Shown: positions 1 through 8,800 of the stretch, piece after piece
Layout: every line of letters begins with the position of its first letter
Numbering within the stretch: position 1 is the stretch's first letter
DNA from: Candidatus Cloacimonadales bacterium
Lineage (GTDB): Bacteria; Cloacimonadota; Cloacimonadia; Cloacimonadales; JAIOQZ01
Direction: 5' to 3'
Length of the DNA stretch: 64,000 nucleotides
Assembly (NCBI GenBank): GCA_963674825.1
Contig: OY771587.1
Location: 2,784,001-2,848,000 of the forward strand
Position numbers and translations under genes: made by a program
The notes under the pieces: generated by a model
What the model saw: only the letters and a program-made list of their open reading frames with translations
What the model was told of the DNA's origin: nothing
The model's database searches: none

Positions 1-2
1 CT

Positions 3-1340
3 GTCAAGCTGCTCAAGACCTCCGGTGCATACTGGCATGGCGATGAACGCAACAAGATGCTCAAGCGCATCTACGGTATCGCATTCCCGACCAAGAAGGA
101 ACTCAAGCAGTACCTTGCAGATTTGGAAGAAGCTAAGAAGCGCGACCATCGTAAGCTTGGCAAGGAACTCGACCTCTTCTCAATCTCCGACGAGATCGGA
201 GCGGGACTCGTGCTGTGGCACCCGAACGGCGCTATGATGCGCGCGATTATCGAGCAGTACTGGAAAGACAGGCATTTCGATGCCGATTATCAGCTCGTCA
301 ATACACCGCACATCGGACGCAGCGACCTCTGGAAGACCAGCGGTCACCTCGGATTTTACTCCGAATCGATGTACGCGCCCATTGAGGTGGAAGGTCAGGA
401 CTACTATCTTAAGCCCATGAACTGCCCCTTCCATATCATGATCTACAAATCGTCCCTGCGCAGCTATCGCGAGCTGCCGGTACGTTATGCCGAGATGGGA
501 ACCGTGTACCGCTACGAACGGTCTGGAACCCTCCACGGTCTGATGCGCGTTCGCGGATTTACTCAGGACGACGCGCACCTCATCTGCACGGAAGATCAAC
601 TGAATGAAGAAGTGGTCAAGCTGCTCGACTTCTCGCTGAGCATGCTGCGTGCGTTCGGTTTCCAGGAATTCAAGGTTTACCTCTCCACAAAGCCCGAGAA
701 ATCAGTGGGTGAGGTGGAAGACTGGGTCAAGGCACAGGACGCGCTCGAACTTGCGCTCAAGCAAGCCGAGATCGAATACGACATCGACGAAGGCGGTGGA
801 GCGTTCTACGGTCCCAAGATCGACATAAAGGTCAAGGACTCGCTGAACAGACTTTGGCAGCTCAGCACGATCCAATTCGACTTCAATCTTCCCGAGCGGT
901 TCGACATGGAATACATCGGCGCGGATAACCAGCCGCATCGTCCGTTCATGATCCACCGCGCGCTGCTCGGTTCGCTCGAACGGTTCTTCGGAACCCTGAT
1001 CGAGTACCACGCGGGTAACTTCCCGACCTGGCTCTGCCCGATTCAGGTGATGGTGCTGCCGATCTCCGAAAACTTCGAGCACTACGGCGACATCGTGTTG
1101 CGCAAGCTGAAAAAAGCCGGTATTCGTGCGCAGATCGACCTGCGTAACGAAAAGATCGGCTACAAGATCCGCGAAGCCGAGATGAAGAAGATCCCGTACA
1201 TGTTCATCCTCGGTCAGCGCGAAGAAGATACCAGCACTGCCTCAATCAGACGCCACGGTGAAGGTGATGTGGGCTCGTTCGAGATCGATCAGGCAATCCA
1301 GAAGATCATCGACGATATCGAGAGCGTAAAGAAGCAATAA
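3..1340 (+). CDS. thrS: Threonyl-tRNA synthetase (5' truncated by window edge)
   Basis: Frame open from base 3 (VKLLKTSGAYWHGD); motifs RDHRKLGKELDLF, KPMNCPFH, RVRGFTQDDAH, GAFYGPKID, HRALLGSLERF. Confidence 0.98.
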   Translation, partial: VKLLKTSGAYWHGDERNKMLKRIYGIAFPTKKELKQYLADLEEAKKRDHRKLGKELDLFSISDEIGAGLVLWHPNGAMMRAIIEQYWKDRHFDADYQLVNTPHIGRSDLWKTSGHLGFYSESMYAPIEVEGQDYYLKPMNCPFHIMIYKSSLRSYRELPVRYAEMGTVYRYERSGTLHGLMRVRGFTQDDAHLICTEDQLNEEVVKLLDFSLSMLRAFGFQEFKVYLSTKPEKSVGEVEDWVKAQDALELALKQAEIEYDIDEGGGAFYGPKIDIKVKDSLNRLWQLSTIQFDFNLPERFDMEYIGADNQPHRPFMIHRALLGSLERFFGTLIEYHAGNFPTWLCPIQVMVLPISENFEHYGDIVLRKLKKAGIRAQIDLRNEKIGYKIREAEMKKIPYMFILGQREEDTSTASIRRHGEGDVGSFEIDQAIQKIIDDIESVKKQ

Positions 1341-1352
1341 GTCGTAAACTTT

Positions 1353-1390
1353 GCACTCCCATTATCACGCGATGATGGGAGTGCTTTTTT
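1353..1390 (+). terminator. Rho-independent terminator after thrS
   Basis: GCACTCCCATTATC-acgc-GATGATGGGAGTGC stem followed by T6. Confidence 0.9.
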
Positions 1391-1428
1391 CATATTGTTC
1401 AGGATTCACTGTTGGGTTGAGTGTTTTC

Positions 1429-1633
1429 TTTTTGCTGTCCTTCGACTCCGCTCAGGATGACACAAAAAGAAAACGTGAAAGCTGTTCAGAGCCGTATGAC
1501 AGATAAAGGAAATGGTGAAAGCTGAGCTGAACTGAACCGGATAACGCATAAGGATAAGTGAAGACATTATTTGCTTACATTGTGTCATCCTGAGCGGAGT
1601 CGAAGGACAACAATGTAAGCGAGGAAACGTGAG
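1429..1633. repeat. 205-bp direct repeat copy 1, REPIN/MITE-like (30-bp inverted arms at 1436-1465 and 1580-1609)
   Basis: Matches 1976-2180 with 2 mismatches; TGTCCTTCGACTCCGCTCAGGATGACACAA and its exact reverse complement. Confidence 0.95.
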
Positions 1634-1645
1634 GTACCAGCACTC

Positions 1646-1963
1646 ATGAAAACGTACTGGGTTTACATCCTTGAATGCTCTGATGGGTCCTACTATACAG
1701 GCTCAACATCAGATATCGAGGCAAGGATGTCACAGCACAATCAAGGGATTATCGAGGGCTACACTTCCAGCCGAAGGCCTGTGAAACTTGTTTTCTCGCA
1801 AGATTTCGGCTATGTTTGGGATGCGGTTGCTGCTGAGAGACAGATAAAAGGTTGGACAAGAAAGAAAAAACAAGCGTTAATCAACGGTAAGTATGAACTA
1901 TTGATTGAGCTTGCAAAGTGCAAAAATGATTCAAGCTCTGAGAATTATCATAGCAGTGAATGA
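1646..1963 (+). CDS. Stand-alone GIY-YIG nuclease (UPF0213/YazA/YhbQ-like)
   Basis: YWVYILECSDGSYYTGST...R...HNQG...YT..RRPVKLVF...E.QIKGWTRKKKQALI. Confidence 0.93.
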   Translation: MKTYWVYILECSDGSYYTGSTSDIEARMSQHNQGIIEGYTSSRRPVKLVFSQDFGYVWDAVAAERQIKGWTRKKKQALINGKYELLIELAKCKNDSSSENYHSSE

Positions 1964-1975
1964 AGAATGAACGTT

Positions 1976-2180
1976 TTTTTGCTGTCCTTCGACTCCGCTC
2001 AGGATGACACAAAAAGAAAACGTGAAAGCTGTTCAGAGCCGTATGACACATAAAGGAAATGGTGAAAGCTGAGCTGAACTGAACCGGATAACGCATAAGG
2101 ATAAGTGAAGACATTGTTTGCTTACATTGTGTCATCCTGAGCGGAGTCGAAGGACAACAATGTAAGCGAGGAAACGTGAG
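1976..2180. repeat. 205-bp direct repeat copy 2 (inverted arms at 1983-2012 and 2127-2156)
   Basis: Copy of 1429-1633 at 547-bp offset. Confidence 0.95.
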
Positions 2181-2215
2181 CAGAAAGGACATAAAAGAAG
2201 ATTCGGGAGACCAAC

Positions 2216-3181
2216 ATGAACATCATCGAGCAGATAAAAAAAGAGCTGAATCTGGAGGCCGAATCGATCAGAATGGCTTCCGAACGTTTGGATGAAAACG
2301 TGGAAAAAGCGATCGAGCTGCTGCAAAACTGCGCAGGCAAGATCGTGGTCACAGGAATGGGGAAGACCGGCATCATCGCGCGGAAAGTGGCGGCAACGCT
2401 TGCCAGTACGGGATCGACAGCCATCTTCCTGCACGCCGCCGAAGGGCTTCACGGTGATCTTGGGATGCTCGCAAAGGGCGATGTAGTCATTGCGATTTCC
2501 AACACAGGCAATACACAGGAACTGATCTCCATCCTTCCCTACATGAAATTCCTGAAGGTGCCGATTATCGCCTTCACCGGTAATCTCGAATCAAAGCTCG
2601 CGGATGCGTCTGACGTCGTCATCGACTGCGGTGTGCCCAAGGAATACGAGCCGCTAGGACTCGTTCCTACATCCAGCACCACCGTTGCGCTTGCCATGGG
2701 AGATGCTATCGCGATTGCACTGCTCAAGAGCCGCGATTTCAGCGAGAAGGATTATGCAAGGTTTCATCCCGGTGGGACGATCGGCAAAAAACTTCTGCTG
2801 CGGGTGGGTGATTTGATGCATGCCGGGGAGCGTAACCCCATTGTGCGCGAAAATGTTACTATGCAGGAAGTGATCATGGAAATGACCGCTAAAGGTCTTG
2901 GGTGTACTGGTATTTGCGATGCCGATGGCAGGCTTTTGGGGATCATCACAGATGGCGATCTCCGCAGGATCCTGCAAAAAGATGGTAACGTGCTGGAGCT
3001 CAGCGCGCTCGAATGCATGACAGTCAATCCGAAGCGTCTGACGGCTCAGACTTTCGCTGTCGATGCGCTCAATATCATGGAAGACAATAAGATTACCATG
3101 CTTCCGGTTGTAGATGAAGACCAACACCAGATAGGCATGCTGCATATGCACGATTTGATTCAAGCCGGCGTGGTTGGATGA
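2216..3181 (+). CDS. kdsD: Arabinose-5-phosphate isomerase KpsF/GutQ family (SIS + 2 CBS)
   Basis: IVVTGMGKTG, HGDLGM, PTSSTT, FHPGGTIG, GIITDGDLRR, GMLHMHDL. Confidence 0.93.
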   Translation: MNIIEQIKKELNLEAESIRMASERLDENVEKAIELLQNCAGKIVVTGMGKTGIIARKVAATLASTGSTAIFLHAAEGLHGDLGMLAKGDVVIAISNTGNTQELISILPYMKFLKVPIIAFTGNLESKLADASDVVIDCGVPKEYEPLGLVPTSSTTVALAMGDAIAIALLKSRDFSEKDYARFHPGGTIGKKLLLRVGDLMHAGERNPIVRENVTMQEVIMEMTAKGLGCTGICDADGRLLGIITDGDLRRILQKDGNVLELSALECMTVNPKRLTAQTFAVDALNIMEDNKITMLPVVDEDQHQIGMLHMHDLIQAGVVG

Positions 3182-3405
3182 CGTGAAAAGCTTGCTGATA
3201 CATTCACTTGTCGAGGTTGGATGGAACGTGATTCGTAACTTACTGAAAAGAAATGGAATATATGATAGATAGCCAATTATTGAAATCCCTGAAAACCACT
3301 CGTAACTTACTAAAATCATTGACGACAATCCGGTTCTGGGAAAATTCCTTTGACAAAAGAGAAAATAGGTACTGAACATGTACTCGTGTAAGAATGTGAG
3401 GTGAT

Positions 3406-3702
3406 ATGGATATTAAATTTAGAGACGTAAGTGCGGGATCAGTTGAAGCACGTGCTGTTGTGGAAGTTGCTCCCGGAGTATTCATGAACGAAATTACAAT
3501 ACTCCGCAAACATGATCAAGTCGTTGTGGAACTCCCGCAAAAGAGTTTTAAAGGTAAAAATGGCAAGTTTCATTATCTCGATATTATAACTTTCGAGAAC
3601 GAAAACAAACAAACACTCTGGCTGCTTGAAATCAGACAGGCATATATCGACTGGCGCAGGAAAAACAAAAAAGTCCTCGTTTACCAAGCGGAGGAAGAAT
3701 AA
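3406..3702 (+). CDS. SpoVG-like small nucleic-acid-binding protein
   Basis: SD GAGGTG; pattern A.A.V....V....I.I......VV.LP.K....G...DI plus C-terminal helix ending AY resembles SpoVG, divergent. Confidence 0.65.
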   Translation: MDIKFRDVSAGSVEARAVVEVAPGVFMNEITILRKHDQVVVELPQKSFKGKNGKFHYLDIITFENENKQTLWLLEIRQAYIDWRRKNKKVLVYQAEEE

Positions 3703-5009
3703 AAACCGAAATCGGAACCGATAAAAAGAAGGAACGCGTATTCCTGATCGGCTTGCAGACTCCAGCCAGTTCGCGCGCGGAGTACGAGAAATCGATGGAA
3801 GAACTAGGCAGGCTTGCCGACACAGCCGAGGCGGAAGTTATCGGCGTGTTCATCCAGTCACGCCAGAAACCGATACCGGCGACTTTCATCGGCAAGGGTA
3901 AGATCCTCGAGATCAAGGCCGAAGCAGATAAGGAGAGTGTCGGAACGCTCATCTTCAACGATAATCTCACACCGGCGCAAGCTCGCAATATAGCGAAGCT
4001 TACGCACTGCAACGTAGTTGATCGAACCGAATTGATTCTTGATATTTTCGCGCTCCATGCTCGCACCAAGCAGGCCAAGTGCCAGGTTGAGCTGGCGCAG
4101 CTTGAATATAATTACTCAAAGTTGAGAAATCTATGGCAGCACCTTTCGAGGATCGAAGGTGGCATCGGAACACGTGGTCCCGGCGAAAAGCAGATTGAGA
4201 TAGATCGTCGAGAGATCAAACGCAAGATCACCCTTTTAAAAGATCAGCTTAAGGTCATTGAAAAGGAAACGCAGGTCAAACGGCAGAAGCGCAAAGACTA
4301 CCTTTCCATTGCGCTGGTGGGTTATACCAACGCAGGAAAATCAACGCTTTTCAACCGCATGACACGCGAAGAGATCTACGTGGCAGATCAGCTTTTCGCG
4401 ACGCTGGATTCTACATCGAGAGCACTTTATCTTGATGGTAAGGAAAACATTGTCGTCACCGACACCATTGGATTTATCGATAAACTACCGCATACGCTTG
4501 TCTCGGCGTTTCATTCGACACTGATCGAAGTGGAAGAGGCTGATCTACTGATGCACGTGGTCGATGCGTCCAATCCAATGCTTTTTCAGTATATCGAATC
4601 TGTGGAAAAGGTGTTGAAGGAGCTGAAAGCGCACCAGAAGAATATCCTGATGGTGTTCAATAAATGCGATACGGTAAAGCCGGTGCAACTGGCGTTTTTA
4701 CGAAAGAAGCTGCTTGGAGAGTACCCGCACGCGGTGTTCATCTCGGCAGCGTTCGACGAGAATCTGGATGATCTGACAGAAAAGGTTCGTTACTTCATTG
4801 ACAGGCAGAAGCGAAGAATTACACTGCAAGTCCCGGTTGAGTTACAGAGCCTGATATCATTTTTATACGATCACGCTCAGGTTCACGAGAAAGTTTACAA
4901 TGATGAAGACCGGGTTTTCGAAATGGATATTACTGTCGATGTGCGCTTGATCAAGAACATCAATCGGCAGATTGAGAAGGTTCATTTCGATAGACTTGGT
5001 ACCGAATAA
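3699..5009 (+). CDS. hflX: Ribosome-splitting GTPase HflX (start uncertain: ATA 3699 proposed, ORF track uses TTG 3753)
   Basis: VVDRTELILDIFA, QVELAQLEY, GTRGPGEKQIEIDRR, GYTNAGKST, LFATLD, DTIGF, NKCD. Confidence 0.95.
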   Translation: MKTEIGTDKKKERVFLIGLQTPASSRAEYEKSMEELGRLADTAEAEVIGVFIQSRQKPIPATFIGKGKILEIKAEADKESVGTLIFNDNLTPAQARNIAKLTHCNVVDRTELILDIFALHARTKQAKCQVELAQLEYNYSKLRNLWQHLSRIEGGIGTRGPGEKQIEIDRREIKRKITLLKDQLKVIEKETQVKRQKRKDYLSIALVGYTNAGKSTLFNRMTREEIYVADQLFATLDSTSRALYLDGKENIVVTDTIGFIDKLPHTLVSAFHSTLIEVEEADLLMHVVDASNPMLFQYIESVEKVLKELKAHQKNILMVFNKCDTVKPVQLAFLRKKLLGEYPHAVFISAAFDENLDDLTEKVRYFIDRQKRRITLQVPVELQSLISFLYDHAQVHEKVYNDEDRVFEMDITVDVRLIKNINRQIEKVHFDRLGTE

Positions 5010-5054
5010 TAAGATTCGTATTAATGGATAGATTTGACCAAAGAAGGAGGAATC

Positions 5055-6272
5055 ATGGTCAGGAACTTTGAAGCTATAATATCGGATAACGCACGTGGCA
5101 TGAAACGCTCGGCGATACGCGAACTCTTGAAACTGGCAACGGACCCGGAGATTATCTCTTTTGCCGGAGGACTTCCCGCCCCCGAGTCGTTCCCGGTTGA
5201 CGAACTGAAAGAAGTTATGGTCGAAGTGATGGAAAACGAGCCGCAGGTTGCGCTGCAATACGGTGCGACGGAAGGCGACAAGCTTCTCCGCGAGATGATC
5301 GTGCAGAACTACCGCAGGGAAGGTTTTGACATTGATATCGATAACGTGTTGGTCACAACAGCATCCCAGCAGGGTCTAGACCTCCTTGCAAAGATATTTA
5401 TCAATCGTGGCGACAAGGTGATCGTCGGCAAGCCGTCTTACCTTGGCGGACTCAGTGCATTTAACAGTTATGGCGCGCAGTTTGTCGGCGTTGAGCACGA
5501 TGAATTCGGTATGCGTTACGACAAGCTGAAAGAAGCGCTTGAAGACCTCCGTGCGAAGGGTGAAAAGGCTAAGTTCATATACACGATTCCAGATTTCCAG
5601 AATCCAGCAGGCGTCACCATGCCGGAAGACCGTCGTATCAAGATTCTCGAGCTGGCATACGAGCACGATATCCTCATTATTGAAGATAGCCCGTATCATG
5701 AGCTCCGCTTTGAAGGCGAGCACCTGAAGACCTTCTACGCGCTGGACAACAAGGGGCAGGTTATCAACCTCGGTACCTTCTCCAAGATCTTCTGTCCCGG
5801 CTTCCGTATTGGCTGGGTAATTGCCGACAAGACCATTCTGGACAAGTTTGTCGTTGCCAAGCAGGCAGTTGACCTGTGTACCCCGCCATTCACGCAGCGA
5901 ATCGCAGCGAGATTCATAGAAAAGGGATACCTCGGACCGCGAATCGAAAAAATAATTAACTTATACCGCGAAAAGCGCGATATCATGTTGGCGGAATTCG
6001 ATAAGCACATGCCGGAAGGTGTGACCTGGACACGTCCCGAAGGCGGACTGTTCCTGTTCATGACACTCCCCGAAGGTATGGACGCAACCAAGCTCTTCAT
6101 GAGAGCGCTTGAACAGAAAGTGGCGTTTGTGGTCGGATCGCATTTCTTCTGCGATGGATCCGGAGCCAATACGCTCAGAATCAACTTCTCGTATATGTCG
6201 AATGAAAAGAACATCGAAGGTGTGAAGCGCCTTGCGACCGCAATCCGCGAAGAGATGAAGAGTCTCGGATAA
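5055..6272 (+). CDS. PLP-dependent class I/II aminotransferase (LysN-like)
   Basis: SAIRELLK, ISFAGGLP, FQNPAG, IIEDSPY, GTFSKIFCPGFRIGW; SD GGAGG before ATG 5055. Confidence 0.92.
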   Translation: MVRNFEAIISDNARGMKRSAIRELLKLATDPEIISFAGGLPAPESFPVDELKEVMVEVMENEPQVALQYGATEGDKLLREMIVQNYRREGFDIDIDNVLVTTASQQGLDLLAKIFINRGDKVIVGKPSYLGGLSAFNSYGAQFVGVEHDEFGMRYDKLKEALEDLRAKGEKAKFIYTIPDFQNPAGVTMPEDRRIKILELAYEHDILIIEDSPYHELRFEGEHLKTFYALDNKGQVINLGTFSKIFCPGFRIGWVIADKTILDKFVVAKQAVDLCTPPFTQRIAARFIEKGYLGPRIEKIINLYREKRDIMLAEFDKHMPEGVTWTRPEGGLFLFMTLPEGMDATKLFMRALEQKVAFVVGSHFFCDGSGANTLRINFSYMSNEKNIEGVKRLATAIREEMKSLG

Positions 6273-6285
6273 TACCGGAGATTTC

Positions 6286-6990
6286 ATGAATACAACAAAA
6301 ACCGATGTCTGCATCCAGATGGAAGACTTGCGGAAATGGGCCAAATACGGCAAACTGCTTTCCGGAGTGATCCACAACCTTAATACCCCCCTGATGGGGA
6401 TTACAGGAAGAGTTGAGCTTATCTCATTCAAGATGCCCGACCTCAAGGGGCTCGAGCAAATAACCCGGCAACTGGACGCGATCAACGATATTTTGTCCGC
6501 GCTGGCGTTCATGGTCGATAAAGACACCAATGTCGAATCGATGGTGATGGACTTGAATGAGCTGATCGGCAAAGTGAATGGTTTCATGCGAGCCGATATG
6601 AAGTACAAGCATCGGTTGGATGTTGAACTTGATTTACAGGACACGATAATCGTCGATACGATTCCGTGCTACTTGCAGAATGCAATCATTGAAATCATCG
6701 GGCATAGCCTCTCGCTATGCGATGACGACAATACAATCACGATTCAATCGAGGCTGGATGGTAACGATGCGCTCGTTATCATCCAGCACGATGGTAAAAG
6801 GATTCCGGAAGTGGCGATCAGCTCGATTGGTACGGCTCTGGAAGATCATAATCAGGACGACCCGGCATTCAATCTGTGCCTGGCCGATTACTATTTACGT
6901 AAGATCGATGCGCGTCTCGAGGTTAAGAATACCGATGTGGGCGCAGTCTATGAATTGAGAATTCCTGCTAAAAAAGGGAAGGGAAAATGA
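6286..6990 (+). CDS. Histidine-kinase-like protein with intact H-box and degenerate ATPase domain
   Basis: LSGVIHNLNTPL H-box; N, G1 and G2 boxes eroded; no sensor domain. Confidence 0.7.
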   Translation: MNTTKTDVCIQMEDLRKWAKYGKLLSGVIHNLNTPLMGITGRVELISFKMPDLKGLEQITRQLDAINDILSALAFMVDKDTNVESMVMDLNELIGKVNGFMRADMKYKHRLDVELDLQDTIIVDTIPCYLQNAIIEIIGHSLSLCDDDNTITIQSRLDGNDALVIIQHDGKRIPEVAISSIGTALEDHNQDDPAFNLCLADYYLRKIDARLEVKNTDVGAVYELRIPAKKGKGK

Positions 6991-8783
6991 AGGGACATGC
7001 CTGCCTGCTGATTTTTGGCCTCATCATCCTTGCGATGATGTCCGGCTGCGAAACCGTAGATAAAAATGACCTGGACTCACCTTACGATCTGACCATCGAA
7101 AGGGTTTCCGACGGACAGATACGTCTGGAATGGAATTATAATTCGACCTACGATGACCTGCTGTTTATCATTGGCCGCAAGGAAGGTGAATCCGAGTGGA
7201 ACGAAGTCTATGACATCACTCAGGATAACAGTGAAGAGTACATCGACGAGATCGATACCGGCTCCAACGTTGTTTACAGCTACAAAGTCAGAGCATATTA
7301 CACGGAGGACAGTAGTTACTCCGAGTTCTCACAGCAGGTCGGCTGGTTTTCTTCCGCCACAAACCCTACTAATCTGAGTATCACACAGGAAACGGAAGCA
7401 TCATTGCTGCTGACTTGGGAAGATAACGCCATCGGCGAGATCGGCTATAAGATCGACAAACGCATCGAAGGGAGCTGGAATAACGCTTACGCGATGCTTG
7501 CACCCAACACAACTACTTTTACCGATTCGGTTGAGCTCGCCTCGGAAGTCGCATATCGCATTTATGCCTATTCCGGTTCTTCGAGAACAGCCTATCTGGA
7601 AGACAGCGTACTGCCTTCCTTCCCCGCGCCGACCAACCTCGAAGCGACACAGTACTCGCAGGAACAGATCGGACTTATCTGGAATGTCAACAGCGAACAA
7701 CAAAGCGGATTTCTGGTGGAACGAAAGCTTGGAACCGGCGACTACGAACAGATCGGCACTACCGTCGATTCAACGTGGGTTGATTTTGTGGGCGTGCCGG
7801 CGGCAAGCCTCGAATATCGTGTCAGAGCGTACGCCGATTCCACGGATAGCGAAGGACAGCTTTACTCTGCCTATTCCGATGCAGTGACAATCCTTTTCAA
7901 TATCAGCCAGGAAGGTTCGCTCCTCACGGCTACCGGCGGAAGAGACATCTGTGTTTATAATGGATACGCGTTCATCGCCTGTGAATACAATGGAATCCAG
8001 GTCGTGAACGTTCAAAACGAATCGCACCCGGTTCTGGAAGGAACCATCTCACTCTCCGGACGCTGCATGAGCGTCTATGCCCGTGACGATATGCTGTATA
8101 CCACCAACTACAACGGCGGTCTGCATGTCTATGACATCAGCGATATCACCAGCCCGATCCACGTCTCTTACTGCGAGACGATTGATATCCCCTACGATGT
8201 CGAGGTCACCGAGATCGATGACGAGCCTTACGCGTTTATAGCAGATGGTCAGGCCAACCTGGTGGTTATCGCACTTTCGGATGATAACCCAGCGAATCCG
8301 ATGATCATCCAGCAACTCAACACACAGGGCATCAGCTATGGTATAAAGATCGATCAGGAAAATCTCTACCTCGCGGACGGCGCGGAAGGCGTGAAGAAGA
8401 TCGATATCAGCGATCCCGCCAATCCGCAAATTACCGACATCATAACGGGTATTGGTGAAGCACGATCGATCGTCTTCTTTGCTGACAGACTTCTGGTTGC
8501 TTCCGGGCAGAACGGTCTGACGGAACTCAGCCGCGCTAGCCTTTCGCTGGTTGATCGAATCGATACGATCGGCTTTGCGATGTCATGCGCCTATAGTGCC
8601 GGTTACGCATATGTCGCTGACGGTACTAACGGCATGGTTATCCTCGATGTTACCGAACCATCCGGCACCTACGTGGTGGCGACCATCGACACCGATACCA
8701 TCGCCAAATCAGTTTTTATCGCGAACAACTTCGCATATCTTACATGTAACGAAAGCCTCGAGATTATTCAGGTTCGACCATGA
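6987..8783 (+). CDS. Lipoprotein with fibronectin type III domains and LVIVD repeats
   Basis: Lipobox MSGC; three P.NL...L.W...Y.Y.V.AY FN3 units; repeated YA(F/Y)IADG..GL...D(I/V)S.P units. Confidence 0.85.
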   Translation: MKGHACLLIFGLIILAMMSGCETVDKNDLDSPYDLTIERVSDGQIRLEWNYNSTYDDLLFIIGRKEGESEWNEVYDITQDNSEEYIDEIDTGSNVVYSYKVRAYYTEDSSYSEFSQQVGWFSSATNPTNLSITQETEASLLLTWEDNAIGEIGYKIDKRIEGSWNNAYAMLAPNTTTFTDSVELASEVAYRIYAYSGSSRTAYLEDSVLPSFPAPTNLEATQYSQEQIGLIWNVNSEQQSGFLVERKLGTGDYEQIGTTVDSTWVDFVGVPAASLEYRVRAYADSTDSEGQLYSAYSDAVTILFNISQEGSLLTATGGRDICVYNGYAFIACEYNGIQVVNVQNESHPVLEGTISLSGRCMSVYARDDMLYTTNYNGGLHVYDISDITSPIHVSYCETIDIPYDVEVTEIDDEPYAFIADGQANLVVIALSDDNPANPMIIQQLNTQGISYGIKIDQENLYLADGAEGVKKIDISDPANPQITDIITGIGEARSIVFFADRLLVASGQNGLTELSRASLSLVDRIDTIGFAMSCAYSAGYAYVADGTNGMVILDVTEPSGTYVVATIDTDTIAKSVFIANNFAYLTCNESLEIIQVRP

Positions 8784-8800
8784 TAAACGGGAGTAATGCC

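Noticed and set aside
1406..2192. Minus-strand ORFs 1406-1588 and 1881-2192 (CHPERSRR peptides)
   Set aside because: Translations of the palindromic repeat; no independent coding evidence.
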